Of a stretch of 64,000 nt of DNA, positions 59,628 to 64,000 are shown piece by piece. The notes under the pieces were generated by a model. That model worked only from the letters and a program-made list of their open reading frames with translations. It did no database searches and was not told the origin of the DNA. The DNA comes from Chloroflexota bacterium. Its GTDB lineage: Bacteria; Chloroflexota; UBA11872; VXNJ01. The position numbers and the translations under genes were made by a program. Every line of letters starts with the position of its first letter. The first letter of the stretch is position 1. Location of the stretch: NCBI GenBank assembly GCA_965208775.1, contig OZ242360.1:3145591-3209590 (forward strand), read 5' to 3'.

Positions 59628-61208
59628 ATGAAGCCGCCAAACATACTCTTCGCCTTCGCCGACGACTGGGGGCGATACGCCAGCACCTACCGCCGGTATG
59701 AGGGCGACAACTCGCTCAACGCGCTTATCGACACTCCCACCTTCGACCGGATCGCGAACGAGGGGGCGCTCTTCCTCAACGGCTTTGTTCCAGCTCCGAG
59801 CTGCACGCCTTGCCGGAGCTCGATCCTTTCGGGCCGGTACTTCTGGCAGACGGGAATGGGAGCGATCTTGCAGGGCGCAGTGTGGGACGAGTCTATTCCA
59901 ACCTATCCCCTCATTCTCGAGCAGGCCGGCTACCACATCGGCTATACGTACAAGGTGTGGTCGCCGGGGCGCAACGTGAATGCTCCCTACGGCGGTGATC
60001 GAACCCAGTACGAAGGAGAGGGGAAGCTCTTCAACTATTTCTCCCACGTCGTTACTGAAAAGGCTTCCGAAGTGGGCGTCGAGGGAGCCAAGCAGATGCT
60101 GCTGGACGAGGTACGGGGGAACTTCGACTCGTTCCTGGAAGCCAGACCCGAAGGCGCGCCTTTTTGCTACTGGTGGGGTCCTACCAACACCCATCGGACG
60201 TGGGAGCAGGAATCCGGCAAGTTGCTATGGGGAATCGAGCCGGACGATCTCAAAGGGCGACTTCCCGAGTTTCTGCCCGACGTGCACGAAGTGCGCGAGG
60301 ACGTTGGCGACTACCTGGGCGAGTGTATGGCCGTAGACGCCGGACTGGCGGTGCTGATAGAGCGGCTGGAGGCCATCGGAGAGCTTGAAAACACACTGAT
60401 CGTTGTCAGCGGCGATCACGGCATACCCGGGTTTCCTCGCGCCAAGTGCAACCTCTACGACATCGGCTGCGAGGTTGCCCTGGCCGCCCGCTGGCCGGGA
60501 CGCATACCATCCGGGCGCGTGGTGGAGGACTTCGTGAACCTGATGGACCTGGCGCCGACCTTTCTGGAGGCGGCGGGCGTGGACGTTCCCGACGGCATGA
60601 CAGCGGAAAGCCTGATGCCAGTGCTCGAAAGCGACCGCAGCGGGCAGGTCGATCCCAAGAGAACGGCGGTCGTCACGGGACGGGAGCGCCACGTGGCGGC
60701 GGCGCGAGAGGGAAACCTGCCCTATCCAATGCGGGCAATCCGCACCCGCGAGTTCCTGTACATCCACAACTTCGAGCCGGACCGCTGGCCTTTGGGAGAC
60801 CCTGGAGGTCTCGACGACCTGGAAGCTGAAGCGCCGTCCCATGAGGACCTCTGCTGGGATACGCACGTGGTATTGAAGGACCTGGATGCCGGACCGACGA
60901 AGGCCTGGCTGGTGCTCAACCGCGCCCGCGAGGACGTGCGGCCGCTGTTCGAGATAGCCATCGGTAAACGCCCTCTGGAAGAGCTGTACGACCTTCGGAT
61001 CGATCCCGACCACATGAACAACGTGGCCGACGACCCAGACTATGCGGATACACGCCGAGAGCTCGCCAGCAGACTGGAATCCGTCCTTACGGAGAACGAC
61101 GATCCGCGAGTTGTCGAGTCGCCGTGCAGATTCGAGCTGCCGCCGTTCGCAGGCCCAATCGAAGAGAACAAACAGAAGGCGCATATTCCACCGTGGCGGC
61201 CACGTTAG
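59628..61208 (+). CDS. Cys-type sulfatase (sulfamidase-like)
   Basis: PNILFAFADD, CTPCRS, GDHG, PRAKCNLY, GRERH, YPMRAIRT. Confidence 0.92.
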   Translation: MKPPNILFAFADDWGRYASTYRRYEGDNSLNALIDTPTFDRIANEGALFLNGFVPAPSCTPCRSSILSGRYFWQTGMGAILQGAVWDESIPTYPLILEQAGYHIGYTYKVWSPGRNVNAPYGGDRTQYEGEGKLFNYFSHVVTEKASEVGVEGAKQMLLDEVRGNFDSFLEARPEGAPFCYWWGPTNTHRTWEQESGKLLWGIEPDDLKGRLPEFLPDVHEVREDVGDYLGECMAVDAGLAVLIERLEAIGELENTLIVVSGDHGIPGFPRAKCNLYDIGCEVALAARWPGRIPSGRVVEDFVNLMDLAPTFLEAAGVDVPDGMTAESLMPVLESDRSGQVDPKRTAVVTGRERHVAAAREGNLPYPMRAIRTREFLYIHNFEPDRWPLGDPGGLDDLEAEAPSHEDLCWDTHVVLKDLDAGPTKAWLVLNRAREDVRPLFEIAIGKRPLEELYDLRIDPDHMNNVADDPDYADTRRELASRLESVLTENDDPRVVESPCRFELPPFAGPIEENKQKAHIPPWRPR

Positions 61209-61283
61209 CGCTGGGATTGACTACGGACTATTGCTGGAAAACCCGACAACTTAGCTCGTCCCAAACTAGTGCAACACGAGGAT

Positions 61284-61311
61284 TTGACAGCCCGCCAGCG
61301 GCGGTCATAAT
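61284..61311 (+). promoter_or_regulatory. Putative promoter upstream of the cobalamin riboswitch
   Basis: TTGACA-N16-CATAAT. Confidence 0.55.
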
Positions 61312-61345
61312 GTTCCCTGCGAGCGTAAGCTTGAGATCACTGCTC

Positions 61346-61500
61346 GTTCAGGTGCCCGTCCCAGGGAGAATAGGGAAGGCGGTGAAAATCCGCCGCGGTA
61401 GCGCCACTGTAATCGGGATTTGGAGCCGACGTTCACTGTCGTAGTTTCGATGGGAAGGACCCGGCGAAAACCACCCGTGAGCCAGGAGACCTGCCTGAAC
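61346..61500 (+). promoter_or_regulatory. Cobalamin riboswitch
   Basis: P1 GTTCAGG/CCTGAAC, AATAGGGAA, GGTGAAAATCC, GCCACTGTAA, CACTG...GGGAAGG, B12 box GAGCCAGGAGACCTGCC; upstream of btuC. Confidence 0.95.
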
Positions 61501-61575
61501 GGAAGGTGACCACTCTCCGCAATAGAGAGGGGCCCTCGGCCTTCGGGTTGGAATCCGTGGCAGAGTGAAATTTCG

Positions 61576-61607
61576 ACCTCCAGCGGAGAGCCGCTGGAGG
61601 TTTTGTC
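61576..61607 (+). terminator. Riboswitch expression platform hairpin (terminator and/or SD sequestration)
   Basis: ACCTCCAGCGG-AGAG-CCGCTGGAGGT followed by TTT; the 3' arm contains the GGAGG SD of btuC. Confidence 0.75.
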
Positions 61608-62687
61608 TTGTTGAGAGCCGTTGGACGCGCCAGGTTGCGTCGCTACCGTCAGGCGAGCGTCGCCGCCCGGCTGGCGATTGGTATCTCGGTTCTCGTTCTG
61701 CTAATTCTGGCAACCGGCCTTGTCTCGCTGAGCATGGGGCCCGTCAACATTCCGGCCGATCACGTGGCTTCGATTGTGTTGTCGACGTTCGGACTCGACT
61801 TCGTGGAGTTCGGCCGCACCGAGCAACTCGTGGTCGAGCAGATTCGGCTGCCGAGGATTGTCGTCGGCGCGTCGGTCGGTATGGCCCTGGGGATTGCGGG
61901 AGCGACCATGCAAGGGCTGTTTCGCAACCCGATGGCCGATCCCGGGATCATCGGCGTTTCAACGGGTGCCGCCGTCGGTGCGGTCATATCCATCGCAACA
62001 GGTTTGGCGGGTCTCTTCTTCCTCGCGCTCCCGAGCTTCGCGTTCATGGGCGCCGTGGCGGCTTCGTTCCTGGTCTATGGCATCGCGGCAGTTGGCGGGC
62101 ACTTTTCGATGGCGACGCTTTTGCTTGCGGGAGTTGCGGTGAACGCGTTTCTAGGCGCCATCGTCTCCGCGATCATCATCTTCCTGCCCGATAACGAAGC
62201 GCTGCGAGAGATTCTGTTCTGGCTCGCGGGCGGACTCGATTCGCGAGCCTGGGACCACGTCTGGATTTCGGCGCCGCTGATTCTGGGCGGCGCCGCCGTG
62301 ATTCTGCTGATGGCCCGCGATCTAAACCTGCTGATGCTTGGCGATGATGAGGCCCGCTCCATGGGGGTTCAAGTGGGCGCGGCGCGAGTGATTCTCTTGA
62401 GCGCGGCGGCACTGGTGACCGGAGCCGCCGTTGCCGTAAGCGGAACCATAGCGTTCGTGGGCCTCGTGACGCCGCACGTCCTACGGCTTTTGCTGGGGCC
62501 GGACCATCGCGTGTTGATCCCGATGAGCGCCGCGGGTGGAGCCGTCTTCATAATCGTCGCCGATACGGTTGCGAGAACCATCATCCAGCCGGCCGAATTC
62601 CGGATCGGCATCTTAACGGCATTCGTCGGCGCCCCGTTCTTCATCTTCCTGCTGATCCGTAACAAACGTCAGGTCCATTCGCTATGA
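61608..62687 (+). CDS. btuC: Cobalamin ABC permease (FecCD/BtuC family)
   Basis: IRLPR, QGLFRNPMADP, GTIAFVGLVTPH, GAPFF; under a cobalamin riboswitch. Confidence 0.88.
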   Translation: MLRAVGRARLRRYRQASVAARLAIGISVLVLLILATGLVSLSMGPVNIPADHVASIVLSTFGLDFVEFGRTEQLVVEQIRLPRIVVGASVGMALGIAGATMQGLFRNPMADPGIIGVSTGAAVGAVISIATGLAGLFFLALPSFAFMGAVAASFLVYGIAAVGGHFSMATLLLAGVAVNAFLGAIVSAIIIFLPDNEALREILFWLAGGLDSRAWDHVWISAPLILGGAAVILLMARDLNLLMLGDDEARSMGVQVGAARVILLSAAALVTGAAVAVSGTIAFVGLVTPHVLRLLLGPDHRVLIPMSAAGGAVFIIVADTVARTIIQPAEFRIGILTAFVGAPFFIFLLIRNKRQVHSL

Positions 62688-63961
62688 GACGCAGACTTTC
62701 AAAAGGAGTCACCTTGTTGATTCGACAGATTCGCATCCTTGTCCTTCCGCTGATACTCGCGCTCGCGCTGGCGGCCTGCGATCCGTTTGCGCCGGCTGAA
62801 ACGCCGGAAGCGGTAGCACCCACGCCGACCGCTGCACCCACAACCCCGCCAACCATGACGCCGACTCAGGCGCCTACCGCGACTCCGATTCCGACCTCGA
62901 CACCCGCGCCGACGGCAGTGGCCACTGCGACGCCGACGATGACGCCGACCCAGGCACCCACGGCGACACCAGTTCCGACATCGACGCCGGCGCCTACGGC
63001 AACCCCATTGCCGACCGCGACGCCCGAGCCCGAGGTGCAGCAGTTCGACGGCGTGCCTGGGATCGTAGATCCCTCCAACAGCGGCTGGCCGCGCCAGGTC
63101 GAGGGGTTGAACGGACTTGTGACCATTCCGTCCAAGCCGCTGCGTATCATCACGGCTTCGGTAGGACATGACGAAATGACGCTCGCGTTGGTGCCTCAAG
63201 AGCGGCTTGTCGCAGTAGGAAGCCCCTCGCAGAATTCGACCTACTCGAACGTCGCCTCGCTGGTGCAGGACAAACCCCAGATTTCACGAGACCCGGAGAC
63301 GATAATCGCCCAGGCGCCCGACGTTGTCGTGACGAGTCCGTTCTTTCCGGCCGAAGCGATTGCAGCCTTGTCGAAGGCCGGCATTCCGGTGATCCAAACA
63401 GACTTGAAGCACGATCCGGAGGCGCGGATCAACAACATTCTGTTCATGGGTTACATTTTCGGGGAGGAAGAACGCGCCCTGGAGTTTGCCGCGGAAGTGC
63501 GTGATCGCTACGAGTCCCTAATTGCGGTGACCAGCGTTGCGGAGCCTCGTCCACGAGTTCTGGCGCTTACGCAATACTCGGACAAGCTTTGGGTTGCGGG
63601 AGCCAACTCGACCGAGGGGTCCGTCATAACGGCCGCCGGCGGGATTAATGCCGCCGAAGAGGCCGGCATTGAAGGAAACCAGACGACGAGCCTCGAAGGC
63701 GTGATAGCGATGAATCCGGACATCATCATAATTGCGCAGCCTATCGAGTTCGGCGCCGAAGACTTCCTACAGAGCCTTCTCGATAATGAGGCACTCGCAG
63801 AGGTTCCGGCAGTCAAGGATGGCAGGGTGCACATCGTCGAAGGCAAGCACTTTACAACGCTGTCCTACTGGAACATTCGCGGGGCCGAAGACCTGGCCCG
63901 GATGCTCTGGCCTGATCAGTTCACCGAGCCGCCTGCCTCCGGTTTCAGTCTGGCGGAGTAG
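62684..63961 (+). CDS. btuF: Cobalamin-binding lipoprotein (BtuF-like) with Pro/Thr linker
   Basis: Lipobox LAAC, P/T repeats, PLRII, NPDIII, PAVKDGRV. Confidence 0.8.
   Translation: MRRRLSKGVTLLIRQIRILVLPLILALALAACDPFAPAETPEAVAPTPTAAPTTPPTMTPTQAPTATPIPTSTPAPTAVATATPTMTPTQAPTATPVPTSTPAPTATPLPTATPEPEVQQFDGVPGIVDPSNSGWPRQVEGLNGLVTIPSKPLRIITASVGHDEMTLALVPQERLVAVGSPSQNSTYSNVASLVQDKPQISRDPETIIAQAPDVVVTSPFFPAEAIAALSKAGIPVIQTDLKHDPEARINNILFMGYIFGEEERALEFAAEVRDRYESLIAVTSVAEPRPRVLALTQYSDKLWVAGANSTEGSVITAAGGINAAEEAGIEGNQTTSLEGVIAMNPDIIIIAQPIEFGAEDFLQSLLDNEALAEVPAVKDGRVHIVEGKHFTTLSYWNIRGAEDLARMLWPDQFTEPPASGFSLAE
62820..63030 (+). repeat. Pro/Thr-rich tandem repeat, two copies of PTMTPTQAPTATP(I/V)PTSTPAPTA
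   Basis: Visible in the translation; synonymous codons differ between the copies. Confidence 0.85.
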
Positions 63962-63967
63962 CCAACG

Positions 63968-64000
63968 ATGAACGGCAATCCACCGCCAGCGCTAAGCGCA
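63968..64000 (+). CDS. Start of the next gene, probably the BtuD-like ATPase (truncated by the window)
   Basis: ATG 6 nt after the btuF stop; identity rests on operon context only. Confidence 0.35.
   Translation, partial: MNGNPPPALSA

Overview
GC-rich bacterial chromosomal segment, most consistent with a Chloroflexota genome (inferred from YFPETGH-type cell-surface repeats on an L,D-transpeptidase, Tat-lipoprotein SBPs with V/E/K-rich linkers and a Pro/Thr-rich BtuF linker). Left to right: queC divergent from a pteridine-reductase-like SDR and queD; rpmG-secE-nusG-rplK-rplA-L10 leader-rplJ-rplL; GT-C glycosyltransferase and flippase; cysK; L,D-transpeptidase; ctaG; hldA/hldC-like-murJ-SDR; an M16 peptidase-TPR-roadblock-ndk operon; an NCS2 permease fused to a degenerate RsbW-like domain; a TCA cluster (acn | icd-sucC-sucD-sdhA-like-sdhB-like-mdh-fumC/aspA); a sulfatase/sugar-ABC/DUF6772-like catabolic locus; tRNA-Arg(TCT) followed by phnWX, an arylsulfotransferase, a PhyH dioxygenase and two more ABC systems (one with a Fur-like box); a third sulfatase; and a cobalamin riboswitch with btuCF(D). 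The strongest novelty candidate is the SdhAB-like pair. SdhA has lost the covalent-FAD His and two dicarboxylate-binding residues, SdhB has lost two of the three [3Fe-4S] ligands, and no membrane anchor is encoded in the cluster, which suggests a soluble, repurposed flavo-Fe-S enzyme. Other candidates are an articulin/alveolin-like V/E/K linker shared by unrelated SBPs, the NCS2-HATPase fusion, and a structured leader upstream of the L,D-transpeptidase. No CRISPR array, rRNA or mobile element was seen. All family calls come from motif recognition, not database searches.
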